Program-made: the position numbers and the translations under genes
Shown here: positions 56,901-64,000 of the stretch, piece by piece
Layout of the letters: every line of letters starts with the position of its first letter
How positions within the stretch are numbered: position 1 is the first letter of the stretch
Notes under the pieces: model-generated
What the model saw: only the letters and a program-made list of their open reading frames with translations
What the model was told of the DNA's origin: nothing
Database searches by the model: none
Source of the DNA: an uncultured Nitrospirales bacterium
GTDB lineage: Bacteria; Hydrogenedentota; Hydrogenedentia; Hydrogenedentales; GCA-2746185
Assembly (NCBI GenBank): GCA_964467615.1
Contig: CAYXRK010000002.1
Coordinates: 4,576 to 68,575, forward strand
Reading direction: 5' to 3'
Length of the DNA: 64,000 nucleotides

Positions 56901-59900
56901 ACCGTCACCGGTATCGGGGTGGTTTTCGTCGGTCCGGGAGATGCAGTTGATGCCATAGACACTGTCGGCGCGGCCGTATCGAACGTGCGGCTGAACTGTG
57001 GAGCGGGATCGTTCGGATTCGTCCCGGCGTCCTGCGCGATGCCACCGGCGATATTCGCCGTAACGGCGCCCTGGCCCGTCGGCGTCAAATTGAAGCTGTA
57101 CGACGCGCCCGATCCGCTAAACCCGCCGACAGTCCCGTTACTCGGCGTGATGTCCCCGGACGTAAATCCTGTAACCGTCTCGCTGAACGTGACCGTGACT
57201 GGAATGGGCGTCGTATTGGTGACTACGGCCGTCGCGGACGTCATCACGACCGTCGGGTTCGTGCTATTGAAATCAATCGAGAACTGCGTCGCCGCCGTGT
57301 TGTTGTTGCCCGCGCCGTCCTGCGCCACGCTCGCCGCGATGCTCGCCGTAACGGTCCCGTTCGCGGTCGTCGGCACCAGACCAAACGAATACGAAGCGCC
57401 GGAGCCGGCGAACCCCGAAATCGTGGCGTTGGTTGCCGTCACATCAGCTTGCACGAACCCCGTAACGCTTTCTGTAAACGTGACCGTCACCGGAATCGGA
57501 GAAACGTTCGTCGGCCCCGGAGAAGCGGTCGACGCCATCGACACGCCAGGCTGCGTGGTGTCAAAGGTCCTGTTAATCACGTTGCCCGCGGTATTGTTGT
57601 TACCCGCCGAATCCTGCGCCGCGCTGCCGTTAACTGTTACCGTCACTGCGCCTTGTCCGCTCGGCACCACGTTGACGGAGTAGCTCGCTCCAGATCCCGC
57701 GAATCCGGATTTCGTAGCATTGGTTACAACAACATCTCCGATCACAAATCCCGTTACCGATTCGCTGAACGTTATCGTCAAGGGAATCGGCGATGCGTTT
57801 GTCGGGTTGGCCGCGCTCGTCGTTAGTGCGACCGTCGGTTGCGTCGAATCAAATGTCCGGCTGAATATCGTGGACGCGTTGTTCGTGTTACCGGATGCAT
57901 CCGTCGCCGATCCCGCCGGGATACTCGCCGTGACGGCCCCCTGTCCTATCGGAGTCAAATCGAAGGTATACGTAGACGCGCTCCCGGCAAAATTGCCCTT
58001 CGTCGCGTTGGTGACTTCCACGGCGCTAAGCCCAAATCCGCTAACGCTCTCGCCAAATTCCACCGTAACCGGTATCGGTGTAGTGTTCGTCACCGTCGGC
58101 GCCGCTGAACTCAATACCGGAGTCGGCGCGCTGCCGTCGAACGTGATTGAAAATTGCGTAGCCGCAGTGTTCGTGTTGAGTGCCACGTCTTGCGCCAACC
58201 CCGCACCAACGTTGACCGTCACAAGCCCCTCGGCCGTGGGCGTTACGGTGACCGAATACGATGCGCCGGATCCCGCAAATCCCGTTTTTGTACCATTTGT
58301 AACTGTCACGTCGGAATTCGCAAATCCCGAGACCGACTCACTAAACGTGAACGTAATAGGAACCGGGCTTGTGCTCGTCGGGCTGGTAAGCGAGGAAGAA
58401 ATCGCAACGCTCGGCTGCACATTGTCGAACGTTCGGCTAAATTGCACCGCCGCCGTATTCGTGTTCCCCGCGCCGTCCTGGGCGAGACCCGCCCCGATGC
58501 TCGCCGTGACCAGTCCCTGGCCCGACGGCGTCAGATTAAACGAATAGCTCGCGCCGCTTCCGGCAAACCCGCCCAACACGGCGTTCGTTACAACAACGTC
58601 GCCGCTCGTAAAACCCGTTACCGATTCGGTAAACGCCACGCTCACCGAAATCGGCGTCGCATTCGCCGGATCCGTTGCCGCAGACGACATACTGACGCCG
58701 GGTTGCACGCTATCGAACGTAACGCTGAATTGCGTCGACGCGCTGTTATTGTTGCTTGCTGTATCTAGCGCGGTCGCCCCCGCGACGTTCACCGTTACCA
58801 CACCCTGGGCCGTCGGTGTCACCGTCAGTGAATACGACGCGCCCGATCCAGTGAATCCGCTCTTCGTTCCATTTGTTACCGCTACGTCTCCCACGACAAA
58901 TTCTGTCACCGACTCGCTGAACGTCACCGATATCGGAATCGATCCGTTCATCGTCGGACTCGCTTGCGTCGACGAAATACTTGCCGTCGGCGCGACTGAA
59001 TCGAAGATCCGCGCAAAAGCGGACGACACCGTGTTCGTGTTCCCCGCGCTGTCGGCCGCGCCATTCGCCACGACGGTCGCCGAAACGCTTCCCTGTCCCG
59101 TAGGCGTAAGACTGAATGTGTAACTCGCGCCGGATCCGGTCAATGCGCCGGCAGTCCCACCCGTCGTCGAGACGTCCACCAGCGCAAACCCGGTCACCGC
59201 CTCGCTGAACGTAACCGTTACCGGAACGGGCGATGCGTTCGCGGGATTACCGGCGGCGCTACTCAGGCTGACCGTCGGTTTGACGTTGTCGAACGTGATC
59301 GAAAACAACAACGACTGCGCGCTGCTGTTGCCCGTCAGATCCGTTGCCGCCGCGGCCGCCACCTGCGCGCTCACCGCACCCTGTCCGCTTGGAATCAAGC
59401 TAAAGGTGTATACGGCGTCCCCGTCCAGACCTGTAAAATTGTTCACTGCGGCGTTTACCGGATCGATGTCCGCAGCCGTAAACCCGTTCACGGGCTCGCT
59501 CAAGGTCGCCGTCATCGGAATGGGAGAGGTGCTCGTCGGACCGGGAGAAGCGGAAGAGGTCAACGTCAGGGTGGGCGACGAGTTGTCAAAGGTCCGGGAA
59601 AACTGCGCTGCTGCCGCATTGCCGTTGTTCCCGCCGTCCAACGCGGTCGAGCCGGCAACGTCCACCGTCACTAGTCCCGGAGCGGTCGGCGTAATGTTCA
59701 CCGAATAACTCGCACCGGACCCCGCGAACCCGCTCTTCGAACCGTTGACGACCGCGATATCGGCGTTGACAAATCCGGTAACCGGCTCAGTAAAGTCGAT
59801 GCTCACTGCGAATGGCGTAGCGCTCGTCGGATTCGGTTCGGCCGAACTCGTCGTGAGCCCCGGCGCGACGCTATCGAACGTTCGGCTGAACTGCGGCGCG

Positions 59901-62900
59901 GCCAGATTGTTATTACCCGCTCCATCGGTGGCCGTGTTCGCTGCAATATCCGCCGTGACTAGACCTTGGCCGGATGGCGTCAGCGTCACAGAGTAGTTCG
60001 CGCCGGAGCCGCTGAACCCGCTCTTCGTCGCATTCGAGACGACGATGTCGCCGTTCACGAATCCGCTCACCGATTCGTTAAATGCAATCGTTACTGCAAT
60101 CGGAGAACTTGACGTAGTGCTCGCCGCCGCCGAAGACATCGTGACGGTCGGGGCCTGATCGTCGAATGTCACGTTCAGCGCGTTGGAAGCCGTATTTTGA
60201 TTGCCCGCGCCGTCTTGTGATGTCGAAGCGCCCACCGACGCAGTGACGCTGCCCTGCGCCGACGGCGTCAGATTAAACGTATAGACCTTCGCGGTGACTG
60301 CCACAAGATTGCCCTTCGTCGCGTTGGTCACCGCAACGTCCGCCAACGCGAATCCCGTGACATCCTCGTTGAATGTTGCTGTCACCGGTATCGGAGAAAT
60401 GCCCGTCGGGTTCGTCGCGGTCGTACTCAACACGACCGATGGCGCCGCGCTGTCGAACATGCGGCTGAACTGCGTGGCGGCCGTGTTTCCGTTGGACGCG
60501 CCGTCCTGTGCTACGCCGCCGGCAATGCTGGCCGTCACGGCCCCTTGGCCCGTTGGAGTCAGATTCACACTATAGTTCGCGCCCGAACCGCTGAACCCGC
60601 TCGAGGTCGCGCCGGTGACGGAAATATCTCCAACCACGAAACCGGTCACGGCTTCGGTGAACGCAATCGTCAACGCTATGGGGGACGTACTGGTCGGATC
60701 GCTCGAAACCGATGCCATCGAAACGCCCGGCTGCGTGGCGTCGTACGTCCTGTTCAGCACGTTCGACGCTTGGTTGTTGTTCGCGGATGCGTCTTGGGCC
60801 GCGCCGGCTGGCACGCTGACCGTCACGGTCCCTTCCGCTGTCGGCGTCACTTCGAACGTGTACACCAAGTCGCCGCCGGTACCGATGAAGCCTGACACCG
60901 ATGCGTTCGTGAACGTCACGTCCCCCGCCGTAAATCCGAACACCGCCTTGCTAAACGTTGCCGTAACCGGTATCGGAGAATTATTTGTGTTCGCGCCAGT
61001 ACCCGACGACAACGTCACGGTCGGTACGGCATCATCGAAATTGATAGAGAACTGCGTAGCGGCGGTGTTCTGATTTCCCGCGCCGTCCTGCGCGCCGTTC
61101 GCCGGGACGTCGACGGTGACAGCGCCAGGCGCTGTGGGTGTCACATTCATCGAATAGCTAGCGCCGCTGCCGGTCAGCGCCCCCTTCGCGCCGTTCCCAA
61201 CCGAAATGTCGGTCGCGGTGAAACCAGTCACGCTTTCACTGAACGTAAAGGAAACAGGTATCGGTGAGGTGCTGGTCGGATTGGCCGCGCTCGACGTAAT
61301 CGTGACGCCCGGCTGAGAATTGTCGAAGCTGATCGAGAACGGCGCCGCCGCCGTATTCTGATTACCCGCTGGATCCGTCAACTTGGCGGCCGCGATGTTG
61401 GCCGTCACGGTCCCTTCGCCCGTAGGAGTGAGAATGAGAGAAAACGCCGCGTCACTGCCCGAAAACGTCCCCTTCGTGGCGCCGGCGACGACGACGTCGC
61501 CCGTGGCAAACCCCGTTGCGTTCTCCGCGAAATTGATGTTGAGCGTGATGGGTGTCGTGCTTGTCGGACTAGAAGAGACGGAACTCATCACCGGTATCGG
61601 CGCGACCGTGTCGAATGTCCGTGTCAATGTGCTGGAAGCGTTGTTACCGTTCGCCGCGCTGTCCTGCGCCGAATTCGCCGTTACGCTGGCGGTCACGGGC
61701 CCCTGGCCCGACGGGGTCAAACTAACGGAATAGCTCGTACCGGAGCCCGAGAACCCGGAAGCCGTCGCGTTGCCAAGTGTAATGTCACCAACGGCGAATC
61801 CAGTCACGCTTTCGCTAAACGTAAACGTCACCGGAATGGGCGATACATTCGTGTTCGTTGGCGCGGTTGAAGCCAGCGCAGCCGTGGGTTTGACGCCGTC
61901 GAATGTCCGGCCGAATTGCGTCGCCGCGGAATTTGCGTTGCCGGCAAGGTCCGTGGCGACGCCACCCGCGATGCTCGCGGTCACTAGACCATTGACCGGG
62001 CTGCTCAGATTGAACGTATACGTGGATGCGCTGACTGTCGTGAAGTTCGCGACCGTCGCGCTGGTCGCGATAACGTCAGTAGACGTAAAGCCCGTCATGT
62101 TCTCGCTAAACGTGACCGTCACCGGAATCGGCGAACTGCCGGTAGGATCGGACGCGTTCGACCCCATCGTGGCCGTCGGGGCCGTCGAGTCGAACGTACG
62201 CGAGAAAACACTCGACGCGACGCTCTGATTGTTCCCCGCGTCCGTGGCCGCCGATGCAGCTATTTGCGCGGTAACTTGACCTTCGGACGTAGGAGTGAGG
62301 CTGAAAGTGTACGTCGCACCGTCGACACTCACGAAGTTACTCTTCGTCGCGTTAGCGCTGATACTGACGTCGGTCAGGTCGAAGCCCACGACGGGAACAC
62401 TAAAGGTCACGGTCACCGGGATAGGAGTGACGTTTGTCGGGCCGCCCGCTACACCCGCGATCGATGCGAGTGTCGGCGTCGGAAGTGCGGTGTTACCAGT
62501 GAACGGCGTTGTATTCGACGCGGGATTGACGTGGTTTCCCGCCAAATCGGTCGGCGATGCGGTCGATACGAAAGCGGAATACGTCGCGCCGGCCGTCATT
62601 ACATTCGTCGTAACGTCTACTTGCGTCGAGTTCACGCGCGCGACGCTTATCGCGTTGATCGAGACGCCGCCCCCGCTGACGCTAAATGTGTAGAACGTCG
62701 GGTTTATCAGATCTGCGTTGTCCGCCATCGGCTCGCTGAACGTGATGCGAATCGTCGTCGGATTGAGTGCCGTCGCGCTCGCGACCGTCGGCGGCGCGGT
62801 GTCCCCCGTCCCGCCGCCAATGCGGCCCCACCACGTGCCCCAGTTCCCCCCACCCGTCTTCGCGTATTCCTGGAGCGTCCACATCGTCAGACCATCCGAC

Positions 62901-64000
62901 GGATCGGTGACGGTCATCGTATAGTCGCCCCAGCGCCTTGTAGCTTGCGTCCACGCGCCTTCGCCCGCCTTGATCACCGCGGGGGCCTCCATCGTGTTTA
63001 CCGGAGTGGTCGGCCCGCGGTATGCGAACATCGCGCTGATGAACGTGCTCGCCGACGATCCCGAGAAGCCCAACATCACTTCGTTGTTCGCGTTGACCGT
63101 GATGGACGGGAAATAGTAGTAGAACGTGTTCGTCGTGTCCTGAACCAGTCCAGTCTGCGTCGTCACCAACGTCGTGGAATTGATTTGCCACCAACGGATC
63201 GCGGTGCGGGCAGGTGTCGTCGTAGTCCCGGAAGGCATTCCCACGCACGCCGCAGTCCACAAGCTTCCATTGCGCAATACGACATTTCCTAACCTGTCGT
63301 CGTTCGTCAGCACCTTGTTCGCCGTGCCCGATTGCGGGGCGGCCGGATTGAGCGTGTTCCACGGCAACGAACTCGGTTTTGGCGACAGCGGCGTCAATAC
63401 CGGCGCAAAGGGGGATCCCGTTATCGAGAACACCTGGAGAAGGCCCACCCCCCCGAAATCGCCGAAAAAGCGCTGAACGATGAATTGGGTATTCGTATTG
63501 TCGTACGTGATCGCCGGGGCCATGCCTGCTACGTTCGTTTGCGAAAACTGGTTTGTCGTTATCGCCCCGCCGTCTAACGCCGTCGACTTGTCGAACACGA
63601 ACACTTCGTTACCCGTGAACGCGTTGTTCGAAATCGAAAACATGTTCGAACTCGCGGTGATCTTATCGTTCGAAAATCCCAAGTACGGATAGTCCGCCCA
63701 TTCGTTGATGGTCCCGTCCTGGTCGGCGATGAAGTGCCACTTATGCCACGGGCCGAGCGGATTGTTCGTCGCGCTTACCGCCAATACGATGCCCGACTTC
63801 GTTGATATCCTCTGCACGCAAGCCGCTATGTAGAACCGATCGACCGTGTGATCGTAAACGCAACGCGGATCGAAAACGTCGGTGATTCCTGGCAACCCGT
63901 TGAAGAACGAGACCAACGAGAACTTGGACAACTGCGTCCCTACTTTGTCCTGAATCGTGATGTCGTCGTTAAGAGTCGTCAGTAGATGGTTCGGGCCAAC
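47975..64000 (-). CDS. Giant cell-surface protein (>5340 aa, 5' end beyond the window): unnamed N-terminal domain, ~45 bacterial Ig-like (Big_12-type) repeats, unnamed domain, ASH/choice-of-anchor-D-like domain, C-terminal sorting signal
   Basis: The frame stays open from the track's TTG 63931 to base 64000 (VGPNHLLTTLNDDITIQDKVGTQL...). I counted ~37 near-consensus ~100-aa units (PTVxxxS..NPT..PIPVTVTFSExVTGF..DGAGN) plus ~8 divergent ones. Confidence 0.95.
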   Translation of the reverse strand, partial: VGPNHLLTTLNDDITIQDKVGTQLSKFSLVSFFNGLPGITDVFDPRCVYDHTVDRFYIAACVQRISTKSGIVLAVSATNNPLGPWHKWHFIADQDGTINEWADYPYLGFSNDKITASSNMFSISNNAFTGNEVFVFDKSTALDGGAITTNQFSQTNVAGMAPAITYDNTNTQFIVQRFFGDFGGVGLLQVFSITGSPFAPVLTPLSPKPSSLPWNTLNPAAPQSGTANKVLTNDDRLGNVVLRNGSLWTAACVGMPSGTTTTPARTAIRWWQINSTTLVTTQTGLVQDTTNTFYYYFPSITVNANNEVMLGFSGSSASTFISAMFAYRGPTTPVNTMEAPAVIKAGEGAWTQATRRWGDYTMTVTDPSDGLTMWTLQEYAKTGGGNWGTWWGRIGGGTGDTAPPTVASATALNPTTIRITFSEPMADNADLINPTFYTFSVSGGGVSINAISVARVNSTQVDVTTNVMTAGATYSAFVSTASPTDLAGNHVNPASNTTPFTGNTALPTPTLASIAGVAGGPTNVTPIPVTVTFSVPVVGFDLTDVSISANATKSNFVSVDGATYTFSLTPTSEGQVTAQIAASAATDAGNNQSVASSVFSRTFDSTAPTATMGSNASDPTGSSPIPVTVTFSENMTGFTSTDVIATSATVANFTTVSASTYTFNLSSPVNGLVTASIAGGVATDLAGNANSAATQFGRTFDGVKPTAALASTAPTNTNVSPIPVTFTFSESVTGFAVGDITLGNATASGFSGSGTSYSVSLTPSGQGPVTASVTANSAQDSAANGNNASSTLTRTFDTVAPIPVMSSVSSSPTSTTPITLNINFAENATGFATGDVVVAGATKGTFSGSDAAFSLILTPTGEGTVTANIAAAKLTDPAGNQNTAAAPFSISFDNSQPGVTITSSAANPTSTSPIPVSFTFSESVTGFTATDISVGNGAKGALTGSGASYSMNVTPTAPGAVTVDVPANGAQDGAGNQNTAATQFSINFDDAVPTVTLSSGTGANTNNSPIPVTATFSKAVFGFTAGDVTFTNASVSGFIGTGGDLVYTFEVTPTAEGTVTVSVPAGAAQDASANNNQASNVLNRTYDATQPGVSMASVSSDPTSTSPIALTIAFTEAVTGFVVGDISVTGATSSGFSGSGANYSVNLTPTGQGAVTASIAGGVAQDGASNGNTAATQFSRMFDSAAPSVVLSTTATNPTGISPIPVTATFNEDVTGFALADVAVTNATKGNLVAVTAKVYTFNLTPSAQGSVTASVGASTSQDGAGNQNTASNALNVTFDDQAPTVTMSSAAASTTSSSPIAVTIAFNESVSGFVNGDIVVSNATKSGFSGSGANYSVTLTPSGQGLVTADIAANTATDGAGNNNLAAPQFSRTFDSVAPGLTTSSAEPNPTSATPFAVSIDFTEPVTGFVNADIAVVNGSKSGFAGSGASYSVNITPTAPGLVTVDVAGSTALDGGNNGNAAAAQFSRTFDNSSPTLTLTSSASPGPTSTSPIPMTATLSEPVNGFTAADIDPVNAAVNNFTGLDGDAVYTFSLIPSGQGAVSAQVAAAAATDLTGNSSAQSLLFSITFDNVKPTVSLSSAAGNPANASPVPVTVTFSEAVTGFALVDVSTTGGTAGALTGSGASYTFSLTPTGQGSVSATVVANGAADSAGNTNTVSSAFARIFDSVAPTASISSTQASPTMNGSIPISVTFSESVTEFVVGDVAVTNGTKSGFTGSGASYSLTVTPTAQGVVTVNVAGATALDTASNNNSASTQFSVTFDSVQPGVSMSSAATDPANATPISVSVAFTESVTGFTSGDVVVTNAVLGGFAGSGASYSFNLTPSGQGLVTASIGAGLAQDGAGNTNTAAVQFSRTFDNVQPSVAISSSLTSPTSTSPVPITFTFSESVSGFANSDVTVTNGTKTGFAGSGASYSVTVTPTAEGLVTVNVGAGLAQDVALNTNTAATQFSITFDGSAPTPVLSSAAPTVTNTTPIPVTVEFGESVSGFGLSAVEVTNATKGNFAGSASTYTFDLTPIGQGAVTASIPAGSATDASGNTNNASTIFSRTFDSTQPTVALTTSAANPTNASPIPLTITFSESVTGFVIGDVVVTNATKSGFAGSGASYSVNVVPSGQGAVTVTVNGSAAQDSAGNNNTAGNVINRTFDTTQPGVSMASTASPGPTNVSPIPVTVTFTESVTGFVQADVTATNATISGFAGSGASYSFGLVPTTANGTVTASIAASVAQDGAGNNNTAATQFSIDFNSTNPTVVMTSATAVVTNTTPIPVTVTFSETVTGFTSGDITPSNGTVGGFSGSGASYSFNLTPTGQGAVTANIAGGIAQDAGTNPNDPAPQFSRTFDTAAPTVSMASTASPGPTKTTPIPVTVTFNESVTGFAVGDIAAGNATAGGFSGSGASYSFNLTPTGQGTVTANIAGSIAQDTAGNNNTAASQFSIVFDSAAPTVAITSSATSPTSTAPIPFTATFSEAVTGFAQGDITASNGTVGTFAVTNASTYTFTVSPTVDGTVTVDIPGGVAQDLAANGNQAASQFAITSDGTGPAATLSSVASNPTNSSPLTVLLTFSEAVTGLTLGEIVASGATVGSLSGSGASYSIQLTNLAAGTVTVDVAGGVAQDAAGNNNTAAAQFSRVFDGTKPSVSMTSASSNPTKTSPISVTANFTESVTGFVAGDISVTNGNVTNFTPNSGTQYVFNVIPSADGLVTVNISGGVAQDSAGNTNNAATALSRTFDATAPTVSMSSAAANPTNSNPIAVTVTFSESISGFALVDIVVGNGTASALSPAGGTGSSFTFNIAPTAPGAVTANIAAGVVVDTATNGNVAAAQFSRTFDNTLPTITLTTTASNPTKNSPIPVTATFNEAVTGFAIGDITAGNATFSNFQTQSSTVYTFSATPTVAVGTVTVNVAGGVALDSAANGNSAASQLSRAFDSQAPTVTMTSAEGDPTSSTSIAVTVTFSESVTGFTSGDIQTSNATVGGFSGSGANYSYNLLPTADGAATAVISAGAATDSAANGNAASSQFSRVFDGSAPSVTVTPIDSNPTNENPLTFDIQYSESVSGFAQGDVTVGNGSVFGFTQLTPDKWSMQITPAADGVVSVSLAGGVVTDDAGNGNTASNTAANTFDGTRPGTVLASTAGNPTKTSPIPVTVTFSQIVTEFVSSDVVIGNGSLSNFAGSGANYSFHVVPATDGEVTVNVAGGRAVDAAGNTNTAAAQLSRTFDDTAPTVALTSAVSANSPANTNPIPLTITFSEPVTGFAIGDIIVTNATKSGFSGSGASYSVNLAPVGQGPVTAEVGPNAAQDSAANGNSESGTLSRTFDSTNPGVTITSPAGDPTSANPVPVTVMFTEPVTGFTSSDVSVTNGTLTGFTSESSSEFSFGVTPSGNNVAITVNVAGSVAQDIAGNLNAAAGAALIRTVDLSPPTVVLSTSSSDPTNTQPIAVTATFSEAVTGLTAGEIAVTNAAIGNFVPQSATVYTFNATPSGDGVVTVEASAASAQDSAGNGNTLSNRIEVTFDSGGPEVTMTSSAPAITNTAPIEVAVSFSESVTGFTAGEITAGNATVSNFAGAGSTYTFDLTPTSDGDITADITGGVAIDAAANANTAAATFSRTYDSQAPSLVLSSALGSPTNISPITVTATFSEPVTDFLSTDVAPTNAAVTGFEGSGAVYTFSLVPSGQGVVSADVAGGAALDNAGNASTAAAALSRTFDSVAPNVTLSSGVSDPTNAASVPVTVTYSESVTGFTAIDITSSNATVSNFAGSGAVYTFDLVPQGEGTVSAVIAANRSLDAANNGNVDSAVFTRVYDSVAPDVLISSTQPEPTGNPTTDVTVTFSENVTGFDQSDLVISGATIANFAVQSGDVYTLELVPLSEPTVMTIDLPAGAANDTAGNANGAADQFLRTFVGASPEVVISSSVADPTSDSTFDITVTFNEAVTGFTQADMFISNGTASNFTPVSAMEYTFDLAPSAEGPVTVDVPADAALDTIGNGNLAAPQFSRAYDVTGPTVVLSSTEPQLTGASTIPVAVTFNEAVADFTLADIITTNATASSLIPLTPSSFSFFLNPAGQGAVSAQVAANSVVDLAGNQNSASEVFDREVDTLDPLVESIAILDLTPTAATEVHFRVTFTESVSGVDIGPPFADFAVESDDGKLVSSSVVTMVSGSGAVYDVTVDAGAGDGTLLLTVVDDDSIVDSVGNPLGGPGANNGDFTEGEHFDIDREAPEVIIASPDPSIAKFDTEVRFVIQYPGSDEITLSEEEVRIVAESIDDFQGRPIDPVSNTTDTTDSGDAKGVQAFPPFDNNPDVPTADFRIEETGPQERTIVLTNLTGNGPITLFIAAGTARDALGNLSAEATNHEAILRVDNAAPLVSGITSNNSARTNAESVSYGVKFTEAIVDSFTTADITVTGTLSNAIDPISLTGSGDTYTVAITPLDEDADGTLGITIGTNVFDVVGNQLEVSNLSSAEYTIDNTPPSFGIGPPSLSGTENGPVEFVVSYIEANSITLSPSDIQLIATGDAFGEIGVSGSGSMQRIVTISNIIGDGTLAVAIAANTATDLVGNPAVAATASATFVVDNSPLSMQVSPPSTGVTQTGPVSFTVSYVGAETITLSPADITLNATGTASGEIAVSGSGKNTRTVTVSNISGQGSLGITIAEGTATDLVGEQAPGATSATFIVDASAPQVSISGPSLPATTNLPVTYTVTYTDATVITLGTGDVVVDKTGSADATVLVSGSGLTERTVTLTNISGSGTLGVSVLAGTATDTAGNGAPASAPSAVVVVDNEAPSVVVNQAADQQDPAVALPINFRVSFSEPVTGFDASDVVVGGSVTGVVLSISGSGDTYTISVVQAETEGVIGVAVRANAAEDAAGNRNSVSTSTDGAVTLQSSGCVLGSVAITGPPDGATIFIDANAPAQTLTILSEVDCPEDTLLVSYTLDGAGVGMADAPPYAVTISDLLAIAGAGTHVVVATAESLSAPALSFQAQIAFTVTVAAATTDTDLNGIPDDPFAALPTTGDTWTTTVTETSTGKGKAVGATKFNRNKKQTDEGSVTMSVESPTIEGVVVTVEAPRALVEDGEDAILILLVADDLDTLLGVDQAALLGEQPSSGLIVDGQYAEVTVLISNDGGATFAEVDDARVEANPVHYMISGVGVSAGGTEQVFTHPSNVTTDSSGVQIAGEAGEWTTDKVANAGVSASVVEADLVALSLVAPFNRPLGAVLQATPNGLAFGEVPVGSDGELTLSVSNVGDALLEGVAGVSAPFSIVSGGSYSIAPGGPAHEVVVRFAPGAAGDFNRVLTLTGGGGANITVTGTALSTTTGCAASGVAGGSSHPGDIALALAAAAALCLLRRRQRRV

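Noticed and set aside
47975-64000. RTX/T1SS adhesin or CRISPR-like array interpretation of the giant repeat region
   Set aside because: No GGxGxD nonapeptides; repeats are ~300-bp degenerate coding units in one open frame.

Overview
A gene-dense, GC-rich bacterial chromosomal window with no rRNA, canonical tRNA, CRISPR array or transposase. The secreted proteins (Ig-repeat giant with a GC...GD-hydrophobic-RRR tail, many TPR proteins) are in the style I associate with Candidatus Hydrogenedentota; this is an inference, not a database result. Housekeeping genes: ilvA, glyQS, rsgA, prpD, cold-shock protein, RidA, Mrp/ApbC, dpaL, natAB-like ABC, PilT/PilU-like ATPase. Highlights: (1) a coupled two-gene operon (1880-7287) with the domain content of the anaerobic ether-lipid/plasmalogen system PlsR/PlsA (Ger-like), in reversed order; (2) a tight GT-C-like membrane protein / cytochrome P450 / lipoyl-less E2-type acyltransferase operon (33263-37602) of unknown product; (3) a candidate structured ncRNA with its own promoter and terminator (~24204-24365) matching no family I recognise; (4) a >5340-aa surface protein with ~45 Ig-like repeats, an unnamed tip domain and a C-terminal sorting signal, sharing an unnamed two-domain module with a secreted protein at 1-1276 that the ORF track missed; (5) two small genes below the ORF cut-off and several repeat elements. 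Both window edges cut through open reading frames. All calls rest on motif recognition by eye; no searches were run.
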